Shown here one piece after another: positions 53,012-61,781 of a DNA stretch of 64,000 nucleotides. The stretch comes from Oxalobacteraceae bacterium. Its GTDB lineage: Bacteria; Pseudomonadota; Gammaproteobacteria; Burkholderiales; Burkholderiaceae_D. Under the pieces are notes generated by a model. The model was not told the DNA's origin. It ran no database searches and was given only the letters and a program-made list of their open reading frames with translations. A program made the translations under genes and the position numbers. Position 1 is the first letter of the stretch, and each line of letters begins with the position of its first letter. The DNA lies in assembly GCA_947448025.1 (NCBI GenBank), contig CANFLV010000004.1:77221-141220 (forward strand), in the 5' to 3' direction.

Positions 53012-54418
53012 TCAGTAGGCATTTTTTCCGCTCCAGCCACGGATGGCGGTCCAGGCGATGATGCGCACATCCATCCATAGCGACCAGTGCCGGATGTAGT
53101 GCAAATCGAACTGCACGCGCATGGCCATTTTGTCGACGGTATCGGTCTCGCCGCGATAGCCGTGAATTTGCGCCCAGCCGGTGATGCCGGGTTTGACGCG
53201 GTGGCGCAGCATGTACAGTTCCAGCACCTCCTTATAGCGTTCGTTGTGTTGCAGCGCATGCGGGCGCGGGCCGACGACGGACATGTCGCCGATCAGCACA
53301 TTCAAAAATTGCGGCAATTCGTCCAGGCTGGTGCGGCGCAGGAAATGCCCGAGCGGCGTGATGCGCGGATCATTGCGCGTGGCTTGCAGCACCTGGCCGC
53401 GTTCCTCATGCAGGCGCATCGAGCGGAATTTATACACCATGAATTTTTTGCCATTCAAGCCCAGTCGCGGCTGACGAAAAAACACCGGCCCCGGTGAACT
53501 CACCTTGATGGCCAGCCCAATGAGCGCGAACACGGGCGAGAGCACCAGCAGGGCCGCGAGCGCAAACAGTTTGTCGAACAAGTCCTTGAAGACACCGCCC
53601 GGGCCGCTCGCCACCGGCTGATTCAGGTCGACCGCCGGAAAGCCGAGGAAGTCGATCATGCGGTTCGACAGCATCTGCATGCTTAGCGTATCGGGCATCC
53701 AGCGAATATCGATCAAGGCATTGCGCAGCAAATATTGCAGCTCGCGCAGCTGATTGGCCGCGCTCATGGGCAGCGTGATCCAGATCTCATCGATGTGGTG
53801 GCCGACGGCATGCACCGGCACGCCGTCGAGCGTGGGGATGCGCGTGATGCGGTTATCCTTTATCTGCTGCAAATCATGCGCCTCGCCGTGGATTGCCTTG
53901 ACGTCATAGCCGTACCAGTCCTGCTGTGAAGCGCGTTTATGCATTTCCTGGCCGATCGCGCCATAGCCGACGATGAGCACGCGTTTGCTGTTCATGCCAT
54001 TGCGGCGCAGGCGTTGCAAGCCAAGATAGACACCCACGCGACATCCCACCAGCAGCAGCAATCCCGCCACATACCAGTACACCACCCACAGACGCGACAG
54101 CGCGCCGACGTGATGAATGAGGAAGCTGAACACCACGCCAAGCAGCAACACCAGCGCCCACGCACCACCGAGTTGCAGGAACATGGCGGTCAGAGGCCTG
54201 CCGCGCCATGAGCGATAAATACCTAATTGCGGAAACAGCAGAAAGGCGAAGCCGCTGCAAAAATACAGCAGCACCGCATGGATAGGCGCCGCATCTGCCA
54301 GCGCAGACTGGAAGTGCAGTCGTCCCACCAGCGCGCCCGCCAGCGTCAGTACTGCCACATCGATCAAGCGCATCGACAGTTCAAGGCGTGATGAATTCCT
54401 GCTGATTAAGTCCCGCAT
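53012..54418 (-). CDS. Undecaprenyl-phosphate hexose-1-phosphate transferase (WcaJ/EpsB-like priming sugar transferase)
   Basis: N-terminal TM helices plus a C-terminal Bac_transf domain ([42 protein letters not shown]). Confidence 0.85.
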   Translation of the reverse strand: MRDLISRNSSRLELSMRLIDVAVLTLAGALVGRLHFQSALADAAPIHAVLLYFCSGFAFLLFPQLGIYRSWRGRPLTAMFLQLGGAWALVLLLGVVFSFLIHHVGALSRLWVVYWYVAGLLLLVGCRVGVYLGLQRLRRNGMNSKRVLIVGYGAIGQEMHKRASQQDWYGYDVKAIHGEAHDLQQIKDNRITRIPTLDGVPVHAVGHHIDEIWITLPMSAANQLRELQYLLRNALIDIRWMPDTLSMQMLSNRMIDFLGFPAVDLNQPVASGPGGVFKDLFDKLFALAALLVLSPVFALIGLAIKVSSPGPVFFRQPRLGLNGKKFMVYKFRSMRLHEERGQVLQATRNDPRITPLGHFLRRTSLDELPQFLNVLIGDMSVVGPRPHALQHNERYKEVLELYMLRHRVKPGITGWAQIHGYRGETDTVDKMAMRVQFDLHYIRHWSLWMDVRIIAWTAIRGWSGKNAY

Positions 54419-54687
54419 ACACCACCCGACATGTTCACCCGCTCGTACCCTCAGATTATTGATATTGGACCGCGCGGTTTCATCGCGATGAGTCTGACTA
54501 CACGATCATGGTAATCACTTCAGCACGCTGGAATTTGATGCTTGGCGTCGGCTTGAGCCGCGTCAATCCGTGGTTTGCGCTGGCGCAAACAAATGCTGGT
54601 GATGCGGCAATAAATGCTGCATTCCGGTGAAAATAGTCAGCATGCCAGTCTGCAAGCCGGCGCCCTGATGCGCTATCATCCTGTCCC

Positions 54688-55089
54688 ATGACAACGGACA
54701 ATCCTGAAGAAATTTCCCTGTACGACCGCATCGGTGGCGCTGAAAAATTGCGCCTGCTGGTGGATCGTTTTTATGACCTCATGACGCTCGAGGGCGAATT
54801 CGCCGGCATCCATGCGATGCATCCGACGCCCAATGACAGTTCGCGCGATAAACTGTTCTGGTTCCTGTCGGGCTGGATGGGCGGACCCAACCTGTACATC
54901 GAACAATTCGGCCATCCGCGTTTGCGCGCCCGGCATTTGCCCTACAAAATCGGCGTTGCCGAGCGTGACCAGTGGCTGCGCTGCATGGCTTGGGCGATGC
55001 AGGAAGTCGGTATCGACACGGCCTTGGCCGAGCGGCTGATGCTGTCGTTTTATGAAACCGCTGACTGGATGCGTAACACGCCGGGTTAA
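54688..55089 (+). CDS. glbO: Group II truncated haemoglobin
   Basis: 133 aa. The motifs LYDRIGG, FWFLSGWMGGP and GHPRLRARH are typical of trHbO. Confidence 0.8.
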   Translation: MTTDNPEEISLYDRIGGAEKLRLLVDRFYDLMTLEGEFAGIHAMHPTPNDSSRDKLFWFLSGWMGGPNLYIEQFGHPRLRARHLPYKIGVAERDQWLRCMAWAMQEVGIDTALAERLMLSFYETADWMRNTPG

Positions 55090-55130
55090 GGCATGCGCAC
55101 TTCCTCCCCATTACCCTTGGAACTCAATTC

Positions 55131-56486
55131 ATGACCCTGGTCGAAATCTTCTTGCTGGCCCTGATGGCGCTCGTGCTGCTGTTGCAGGGCTTGCTCTTGC
55201 TGCGCGGGCGCGGCACTGACATCACATCACAGCTGGGTAAGCTGCAATCTGATCTGCAGCAAACCAGCGAACGGAGTGAGCGCGAATTGCGCACCGAGTT
55301 GCAGACCGGCGCGCAGATTGCGCGGCAGGAATCGAGCGCGAATTTCGCGCAGTTCCAGCAGACCCTGGGCGCGCAGATTGAAGTGATCCGCCAGGCCATT
55401 GCCTCGCAGGCGCAAAGTGGCCGCGAAGAGCAGTCCGCCACGCTGAAACGTTTTGGCGACACGCTCAATCAGATGCTCGCATCCTTGACTGAATCGAATG
55501 CCCAGCGCATGGCCGAGATTCGCGCCACCCTGGAAACGAAGATCAAGGATTTGCAAAACGATAACGGCGCGCGCCTCGAAGAAATGCGCAAGACCGTCGA
55601 TGAAAAGCTGCATGCCACGCTCGAGCAGCGCCTCGGTGAATCCTTCAAGCTGGTCTCGGACCGGCTCGACAAGGTGCATCAGGGTCTGGGCGAAATGCAG
55701 CAGCTAGCCATCGGTGTCGGTGACCTCAAGCGCGTCCTGACAAATGTCAAAACCCGCGGCACCTGGGGTGAAGTCCAGCTTGAAATGCTGCTCGAGCAAG
55801 TCCTCACGCCGGAACAATATGCAAAGAATGTGGAGACCGTGCCGGGCTCCGGCGAGCGCGTCGAGTTTGCGCTGAAATTGCCTGGTCAGGAAGATGGCGG
55901 CAAACCGGTCTGGATGCCGATCGATGCGAAATTCCCGAAGGAGCAATACGAGCGTCTGGCCGATGCGGCCGATCGTGCCGATGCCGACGGTGTGCTCACC
56001 GCGGGTAAGGAACTCGAGCGCGCGATTCGCACCGAGGCCAAGACCATCGCCGACAAATATCTGTCGCCGCCATTGACGACGGACTTTGCGATCCTGTTCC
56101 TGCCGACTGAAGGCCTGTACGCTGAAGTCATGCGTCGCCCTGGACTGGCCGACGACGTGCAACGCCTACACCGCGTCTGCATCGCCGGCCCCTCGACTCT
56201 GTCAGCCTTGCTCAATAGCCTGCAGATGGGTTTCCGTACGTTGGCGCTGGAGAAACGTTCATCGGAAGTCTGGCAGGTGCTGGGCGCGGTGAAAACCGAG
56301 TTCGGTAAATTTGGCGATGTGCTGGCCAAGACGCGCGAGACACTGGAGCGCGCGGCGAAAAATATCGAGAGCGCGGAGACGCGTAGCCGGCAAATGGCGC
56401 GCAAATTGAAATCGGTGGAGGCGCTGCCTAGTGATGCGGCGCAGATGATCTTGGGGACGGATTTGATGGAGTTGCCTGAGGAGTAG
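55131..56486 (+). CDS. rmuC: DNA recombination protein RmuC
   Basis: N-terminal TM helix, long coiled-coil and a C-terminal RmuC nuclease-like domain (TWGEVQLE..., FAILFLPTEGLYAE). Confidence 0.9.
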   Translation: MTLVEIFLLALMALVLLLQGLLLLRGRGTDITSQLGKLQSDLQQTSERSERELRTELQTGAQIARQESSANFAQFQQTLGAQIEVIRQAIASQAQSGREEQSATLKRFGDTLNQMLASLTESNAQRMAEIRATLETKIKDLQNDNGARLEEMRKTVDEKLHATLEQRLGESFKLVSDRLDKVHQGLGEMQQLAIGVGDLKRVLTNVKTRGTWGEVQLEMLLEQVLTPEQYAKNVETVPGSGERVEFALKLPGQEDGGKPVWMPIDAKFPKEQYERLADAADRADADGVLTAGKELERAIRTEAKTIADKYLSPPLTTDFAILFLPTEGLYAEVMRRPGLADDVQRLHRVCIAGPSTLSALLNSLQMGFRTLALEKRSSEVWQVLGAVKTEFGKFGDVLAKTRETLERAAKNIESAETRSRQMARKLKSVEALPSDAAQMILGTDLMELPEE

Positions 56487-56520
56487 GGGTGGTTTGGTTT
56501 TGTTCTTGGTCTTGTCGTTG

Positions 56521-56637
56521 TTCTTGTTTGCGATCTTATCGGCTGCTAACCCGCATCAGCGCTGGGGGGCCGTCACCTCCAGTCAGGGTGTTCATTCCTT
56601 CCGGCGACGGCCCCCCATCACTGACGCTTTTTTTCTT
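56521..56637 (+). repeat. 117-bp repeat, copy L, containing a long GC-rich hairpin followed by T7; probable rmuC terminator
   Basis: Stem GGGGGGCCGTC / GACGGCCCCCC with an extended imperfect outer stem, then TTTTTTT at 56630-56636. Matches the reverse complement of 57055-57171 at 108 of 117 positions (my own count). Confidence 0.7.
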
Positions 56638-56722
56638 GGCTCGCTTGGCGCATCGGCATCGGGTCGACCGTTCAGTGCAGCGGGGAGCCCCGGCGCGACT
56701 GCGTGGTGTTTGAATCCGCATA

Positions 56723-56778
56723 ATTTCTGAAAAAAAATTACTGGCAAACATGCGAGCCAGAAATTTTTTTCCAGAAAT
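56723..56778. repeat. 20-bp imperfect inverted repeat (ATTTCTGAAAAAAAATTACT / AGAAATTTTTTTCCAGAAAT)
   Basis: Arms at 56723-56742 and 56759-56778, with 18 of 20 complementary positions. Confidence 0.6.
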
Positions 56779-56908
56779 CATGCTCACGTTGATAGTCCGC
56801 GACCCGCTTAACAGCTTAACACCCTGGATGGTAGCGGTTGGGAACGCGAATAGGGATTGATGCAGTCAGATCAAAGAGGCTGTCGGCGAAAGTGATCTGC
56901 CGTCGGTA

Positions 56909-56974
56909 GCACGCGACGCGAGAAATTCGACCAAGTTCGCATGCTTACGAAGGCGAATTTCTCGCGTCGTGTGC
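56909..56974. repeat. Long hairpin: 21-bp arms GCACGCGACGCGAGAAATTCG / CGAATTTCTCGCGTCGTGTGC
   Basis: Arms at 56909-56929 and 56954-56974, complementary except for one position that allows a G-U pair. 24-nt loop. Confidence 0.65.
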
Positions 56975-57054
56975 GGGTTCAACGAAAGCAGGTCGTGCCT
57001 ATCGCGGAAGTGAATGCCGAAGCGCTGATCAGGTATCCCGAACTTTTACCGCTA

Positions 57055-57171
57055 AAGAAAAAAAGCGTCAGTGATGGGGTGGCGTCGTCGGAAGGAGTGA
57101 ACACCCCGACTGGAGGCGACGCCACCCCAGCGCTGATGCGGATTAGCAGCCGATAAGATCGCAAACAAGAA
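57055..57171 (-). repeat. 117-bp repeat, copy R (inverted relative to copy L); probable terminator of the chrA-moaA-mobA-moeA operon
   Basis: The minus strand reads the same module, with stem GGGGTGGCGTC / GACGCCACCCC followed by TTTTTTT. Confidence 0.7.
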
Positions 57172-57176
57172 AAATA

Positions 57177-57302
57177 GCCAGACCTGAGAAGACAGCCAGA
57201 CCTGAGAAGACAGCCAGACCTGAGAAGACAGCCAGACCTGAGAAGACAGTCAGACCTGAGAAGACAGCCAGACCGCAGAAACTAGCCAGACCAGAGCGAG
57301 TC
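57177..57302. repeat. 18-bp tandem repeat array (GCCAGACCTGAGAAGACA): 4 identical + 1 one-mismatch + 2 degenerate units
   Basis: Units start at 57177, 57195, 57213, 57231, 57249, 57267 and 57285. The array lies between the moeA stop (57336) and repeat copy R. Confidence 0.85.
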
Positions 57303-57335
57303 AAAAAAGGGGAGGCCCTGACGCAGAAAAACCGC

Positions 57336-58616
57336 TCAGTACAGCCCATCAAACAGTAACACATCCACCGCCTCACCCGCATCAACATTCCCCTGCTCAT
57401 GCCCCAGCACCACAATGCAGTTCGCCTCCGACATCGAGCGCAGGATGCCCGCGCCCTGCGAGCCGGTGATACGTACGGAACGTGCGCCGGTAGCATCGGT
57501 CGAGACGATGCCGCGCTGATATTCCGTGCGTCCCGGCTTCTTGCGCATCGCCACGAGAGAGCGTGCTTGCAGAAGCATCAGCGGTTCAGGCGTGGCGCCC
57601 ATCATCCGCAACAAAGCCTCACGCACGAAGAAGTAAAAGCTCACCATCGCCGCCACCGGATTACCCGGCAAGCCGAACAAATGCAGCGTGCTTCCGCCGG
57701 CCTCGATCTGGCCAAACGCCATCGGTCGTCCCGGTCGCATCAGCAGCTTCCAGAAATTGACTTCGCCCATTTGCGTCATGATCTGGCGGATATAGTCGGC
57801 TTCACCGACTGACACACCGCCCGAGGTGATGACCGCATCGGCTTCGAGTAAACTGGCGCGTTCGAGCGCGGCTTGCAATGCCGCCGGATCGTCGGCGACG
57901 ATGCCGAGGTCGAGCGGTTCGCAGCCGAGCCGCAGCAGCATGCCGTGGATCGTGGTGCGATTACTGTCATAGACGCTGCCGGTGCGGAGTGGCTCGCCCG
58001 GCGCGCAGATTTCATCGCCGGTCGAAAAAAACGCCACGCGTACGCGCCGATGGACGATCACTTCGGTCAAGCCCAAGGAAGCGAGTAAGCCAAGTTCCGC
58101 CGGACGCAAAAGTCTGCCTCTGGCGAGTGCGACCTTGCCCAGCGCAAGGTCTTCGCCGGCATGGCGGCGGTTATCGCCGGCGCGCACGACATCGGCCGCC
58201 AGCGTCATGTGATCGGCGCTGCTGGTCAGGGTCAACTCTTGCGGCACGACGGTATCGCAGTCCGCCGGCATCACGGCACCAGTCATGATGCGCACGCATT
58301 CGCCGGGGGCGACCGTGCCTGCCCACGCGCGACCCGCCAGCGCAATACCGACTACAGAAAACGTCAGCGTCCCGCCCGCCGCCAGTACCGCACCGGCAAA
58401 CGCATAGCCATCCATGGCCGAATTATCATGCGCCGGTACATTGATCGGTGCGACGACATCCACGGCGAGCACGCGACCCAGGGCCTCATGCAGCAGAACT
58501 GTGTTGGTGCCGGTGACGGGCTGTACCGCATTGGCGATCATGTCTTGCGCAGCGCTGACAGGCAGACCTACGGCAGTTTCTGGTGAGGGAGTCGACATCA
58601 GGAATTCAGTGCTCAA
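57336..58616 (-). CDS. moeA: Molybdopterin molybdotransferase
   Basis: 426 aa, MoeA-like throughout (SAMDGYA, TGDE, ITSGGVSVGEADY). Confidence 0.9.
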   Translation of the reverse strand: MSTEFLMSTPSPETAVGLPVSAAQDMIANAVQPVTGTNTVLLHEALGRVLAVDVVAPINVPAHDNSAMDGYAFAGAVLAAGGTLTFSVVGIALAGRAWAGTVAPGECVRIMTGAVMPADCDTVVPQELTLTSSADHMTLAADVVRAGDNRRHAGEDLALGKVALARGRLLRPAELGLLASLGLTEVIVHRRVRVAFFSTGDEICAPGEPLRTGSVYDSNRTTIHGMLLRLGCEPLDLGIVADDPAALQAALERASLLEADAVITSGGVSVGEADYIRQIMTQMGEVNFWKLLMRPGRPMAFGQIEAGGSTLHLFGLPGNPVAAMVSFYFFVREALLRMMGATPEPLMLLQARSLVAMRKKPGRTEYQRGIVSTDATGARSVRITGSQGAGILRSMSEANCIVVLGHEQGNVDAGEAVDVLLFDGLY

Positions 58617-59187
58617 AACGCTGTAATTCTTCCAGCGTATTTATGTTGCGAAAGGCGGCTTCGTCTTCGAAAAAAACTTCCACCAATTTTTGTGCGGCAA
58701 ACCAGGCCATCATTTTATGACCATCGTTTTGCAGAAACGTCGCGAGTTCATCGAGCAGGCTCACCTTCAACAGCGCAAAGACCGGCTGGCTCTGTCGCTC
58801 TGCACCAATACCGGTAACCGGAATGGCGATCTCGGCGTCCTGCTCCAGCATGGCAGCGGCCAAGCGCGCCACGAGGTCATGCGGCAGAAAGGGCGAATCG
58901 CAGGGCACGGTCATCAGGTAAGGCGTCGTGCAATGGCGCAGGCCGGCTTCGATGCCGGCCAGCGGCCCGGCGTAATCGGGTCGCGCATCCGGCCAGACGG
59001 GCACGCCAAAGCCGGCATAGATATCCGAATTCTGGTTCGCGTTCAGTATCAGGAAGTCGACCTGCGGTGCGAGGCGCGCGATCGCATGTTCGACCATGGT
59101 CATGCCGCGAAACGGCTGCAAGCCCTTGTCTACCGCGCCCATGCGCATGCCGCGTCCGCCTGCGAGGATGAGTCCGGTGATCTTCAT
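58606..59187 (-). CDS. mobA: Molybdenum cofactor guanylyltransferase
   Basis: The [19 protein letters not shown]-terminal motif is typical of MobA. 193 aa. Confidence 0.9.
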   Translation of the reverse strand: MKITGLILAGGRGMRMGAVDKGLQPFRGMTMVEHAIARLAPQVDFLILNANQNSDIYAGFGVPVWPDARPDYAGPLAGIEAGLRHCTTPYLMTVPCDSPFLPHDLVARLAAAMLEQDAEIAIPVTGIGAERQSQPVFALLKVSLLDELATFLQNDGHKMMAWFAAQKLVEVFFEDEAAFRNINTLEELQRFEH

Positions 59188-60299
59188 CCGCCGATGTACG
59201 ACATTTCAACGCGCGGCGCTTCAGGCGTTGTGACATCGGTCTGCGCCGTGCGTAATTCGGAATAACGGTCACCGCGCGCACGCCACAGATGACTGACAGC
59301 GCCGGCAATGTCGGCATCGCTGTGGCCATTGCGCAGCAGGGCGCGCAAATCATGGCCGCTGCGGGCGAACAGGCAGGTGTAGAGCTTGCCTTCAGTGGAT
59401 AGTCGTGCGCGCGTGCAGTTGTGGCAAAACGCTTGTGTCACGCTCGAGATCATGCCGACCTCACCGCTGCCGTCAGCGTAACGCCAGCGCCCGGCTGTCT
59501 CTCCAGTGTAATTCGCGGCGACTTCGATCAGCGGCATCTCCGCGCTGATGCGACGCACGACTTCGCCAGAGGGAATCACCTCATCCATTTTCCAGCCATT
59601 CGAGGCGCCGACATCCATGTATTCAATGAAGCGCAAAATGAAAGGCGAGCCCTTGAAATGACGCGCCATGGGCAGGATTTCCTGGTCATTCATGCCGCCC
59701 TTGACGACCATGTTGACCTTGATCGGTCCGAGTCCGACCGTGTGTGCGACATCGATGCCGTTCAACACATCCGACACCGGGAAGTCGACATCGTTCATGC
59801 GCTTGAAGGTCGCATCGTCGAGTGAATCCAGCGACACAGTCACGCGCTTGAGCCCGGCATCTTTCAGGCTTTGCGCTTTTTTTGCGAGCAGCGCGCCATT
59901 CGTCGTCAGGGTCAGGTCGAGTGGACGGCCTTCCGGTGTTTCAAGGCGCGCCAATTGTTCGATCAGGCGTTCGAGATTCTTGCGCAGCAGCGGTTCGCCA
60001 CCGGTGAGGCGGATTTTTTCCACGCCGTGGGCCACGAAGATTTGCGCGATGCGCAGGATTTCTTCAAACGACAGCAGCGCACTGTGCGGCAGATAGGCAT
60101 AGTCCTTGTCGAAGACTTGCTTGGGCATGCAATACACGCAGCGGAAATTGCACCGGTCAGTGACCGAAATACGCAGGTCGCGCAGCGGCCGGCCCAGCAT
60201 ATCGCCAAGCAAGCCGGTCGGCGCTTCGAACACAGCGGGTATCGTCGGCAGGCTTTGCAGGTGACGCAGGTCAGCGACGGGAATGACTTTCTGGGACAT
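59184..60299 (-). CDS. moaA: GTP 3',8-cyclase (radical SAM)
   Basis: [10 protein letters not shown] radical-SAM motif and a C-terminal [20 protein letters not shown] auxiliary cluster motif. Confidence 0.9.
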   Translation of the reverse strand: MSQKVIPVADLRHLQSLPTIPAVFEAPTGLLGDMLGRPLRDLRISVTDRCNFRCVYCMPKQVFDKDYAYLPHSALLSFEEILRIAQIFVAHGVEKIRLTGGEPLLRKNLERLIEQLARLETPEGRPLDLTLTTNGALLAKKAQSLKDAGLKRVTVSLDSLDDATFKRMNDVDFPVSDVLNGIDVAHTVGLGPIKVNMVVKGGMNDQEILPMARHFKGSPFILRFIEYMDVGASNGWKMDEVIPSGEVVRRISAEMPLIEVAANYTGETAGRWRYADGSGEVGMISSVTQAFCHNCTRARLSTEGKLYTCLFARSGHDLRALLRNGHSDADIAGAVSHLWRARGDRYSELRTAQTDVTTPEAPRVEMSYIGG

Positions 60300-60318
60300 G
60301 GCAATCTAATACGGTGTT

Positions 60319-61659
60319 TCAGTGCAGCGACGATACCACAAGCCCCGCGAAAGCACAGGCGCCAATGACGGTGATGGTGCCGGTCTTGAAGCGAAATAAG
60401 GCGACGCAGGCAGCAGCAGTCAGTGCGATCGCGACCCAGTCCCATTGCGCCAGCGGCGCAGCAAGATGAAAAATATGCTCGGCAAAAAATAGCGCGAGGC
60501 TGACGATCACGCCTACCACGGCCGCAGAGATCGCGGTTAAGGGCGCAGTGAGACGAATATTGTCTCGCGTAGCTTCAATCAGCGGCGCCCCGGCAAGGAT
60601 AAAAATAAAGGACGGCAGGAAGGTAAAAAAGGTCACCGCGCAGGCGCCGGCAATCCCCGCCAGCAGCTGGCCATCGCTGACGGCAGTCTGCCCCCAGTTT
60701 CCAACAAAGCCGACAAAGGCGACGATGATGATCAGCGGCCCCGGCGTGGTTTCGCCGAGCGCCAGGCCATCGATCATTTGCTGCGGCGTGAGCCACTGAT
60801 ATTGTTCGACCGCGCCCTGATAGACATAAGGCAGCACCGCATATGCGCCGCCAAAGGTCAGCAATGCTGCCTTCGTGAAGAAGACACTCATTTGCGACAG
60901 CGGTGACTCGATGCCGGCGAGCGCGGCAATGATGACCCATGCGGCGAGGCCGAGGCTGCTGCCGATGAGAGCGACGGCGATCAGTTTTGGCCAGGAGAAG
61001 CGCGCATGTTCCGGCGTGGGCGTGTCGTCGTCAATCAGGGCAGGGCCGTAGGACGCGACGGCCGATGGATGCGTGCCGCCCGGCTGAAAATAACGCGGCA
61101 GGAAACGCCCGCCTAGCGCGCCAAGTACAGCCGCTGCGAGCACGATGGCCGGAAATGGCATATGGGCGACGGCGATGGCGAGGAAGGCAAGCACGGCGAT
61201 GGCCATCAGCCAGCGGTTTTTCAGTGAGCGTGAGCCGATGCGCCACGCTGCGGCGAGCACGATGGCGACCACGGCTGGCTTGATGCCATACAGGATGGCG
61301 GCGATGACCGGCACGCTGCCGAAGGCGAGATAAATCCACGACAGCCCGATCAACAGTAGCATTGAGGGCAGGAAGAACAGCGTGCCGGCGATGATGCCGC
61401 CTTTGGTCTTGTGCATGAGCCAGCCGATGTAGACCGCCAGTTGGGTCGCCTCCGGGCCGGGCAAGACCATGCAGTAATTCAGGGCATGCAGGAAGCGTTG
61501 CTCGGAAATCCAGCGTCGCTTCTCGACGAGTTCTGTATGCATCATGGCGATCTGGCCGGCCGGTCCGCCAAAGCTGATGAAGCCGAGCTTGAGCCAGTAC
61601 AGGAAGGCGCTGGCAAGACTGACGGGAGTCGGGCGTTCGGTCGCGGATGGCGTGGACAT
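60319..61659 (-). CDS. chrA: Chromate ion transporter family protein (two fused CHR domains)
   Basis: FLYWLKLGFISFGGPAGQIAMMH... at the N-terminus, with a second similar domain (KAALLTFGGAYAVLPYV). The stop is 19 nt upstream of the moaA ATG on the same strand. Confidence 0.85.
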   Translation of the reverse strand: MSTPSATERPTPVSLASAFLYWLKLGFISFGGPAGQIAMMHTELVEKRRWISEQRFLHALNYCMVLPGPEATQLAVYIGWLMHKTKGGIIAGTLFFLPSMLLLIGLSWIYLAFGSVPVIAAILYGIKPAVVAIVLAAAWRIGSRSLKNRWLMAIAVLAFLAIAVAHMPFPAIVLAAAVLGALGGRFLPRYFQPGGTHPSAVASYGPALIDDDTPTPEHARFSWPKLIAVALIGSSLGLAAWVIIAALAGIESPLSQMSVFFTKAALLTFGGAYAVLPYVYQGAVEQYQWLTPQQMIDGLALGETTPGPLIIIVAFVGFVGNWGQTAVSDGQLLAGIAGACAVTFFTFLPSFIFILAGAPLIEATRDNIRLTAPLTAISAAVVGVIVSLALFFAEHIFHLAAPLAQWDWVAIALTAAACVALFRFKTGTITVIGACAFAGLVVSSLH

Positions 61660-61704
61660 GATGGCGGCTGTTGGATGCAGTGAGAATATTGCGGAGTTTT
61701 ACAT

Positions 61705-61737
61705 GAAAAAAGGGAGAGCGTGGTGCTCTCCCTTTTT
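61705..61737 (-). terminator. Rho-independent terminator of rne
   Basis: On the minus strand: AAAAAGGGAGAGCACCACGCTCTCCCTTTTTT. Confidence 0.65.
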
Positions 61738-61781
61738 ATACAACAGTGTCAATTACGCACTGTCTGTCGTCATCCGCAAAA

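Noticed and set aside
55131-56486. RmuC as part of a defence system.
   Set aside because: It has standard full-length RmuC architecture next to housekeeping genes (glbO and the moa operon), with no partner genes typical of defence islands.
56815-56835. ops/JUMPstart-like element (GGTAGCGG within GGATGGTAGCGGTTGGG), and a partial match upstream of the priming transferase (about 54520).
   Set aside because: Only a partial match to the GGCGGTAGnnTG ops consensus, and it is not located in the 5' leader of either EPS operon.
56494-57164. Track ORFs 56494-56730, 56536-56787, 56941-57156 and 56979-57164, which encode near-mirror peptides (..SVSDG..PSPEGMNTLTGGDGPPALMR.. versus ..SVSDGVASSEGVNTPTGGDATPALMR..).
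   Set aside because: They are translations of the two inverted 117-bp repeat copies on both strands. The similarity is a DNA-repeat artefact. None has a ribosome-binding site, and the covariation pattern fits a nucleic-acid hairpin and not a protein.
57177-57302. Possible CRISPR array.
   Set aside because: The repeats are directly adjacent with no spacers. The unit is only 18 bp, non-palindromic, and there are no cas genes in the window.
57143-57496. 117-aa minus ORF with GLAVFS hexapeptide repeats.
   Set aside because: It is the reading of the 18-bp tandem array fused out of frame to the 3' end of moeA. It overlaps the well-supported moeA frame and has no independent start signals.
61660-61781. 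Moco riboswitch upstream of the molybdenum-cofactor operon.
   Set aside because: Only about 120 nt are available and a third of that is the rne terminator. I could not find the conserved Moco-motif elements by eye. An Rfam/Infernal scan would be the decisive test.
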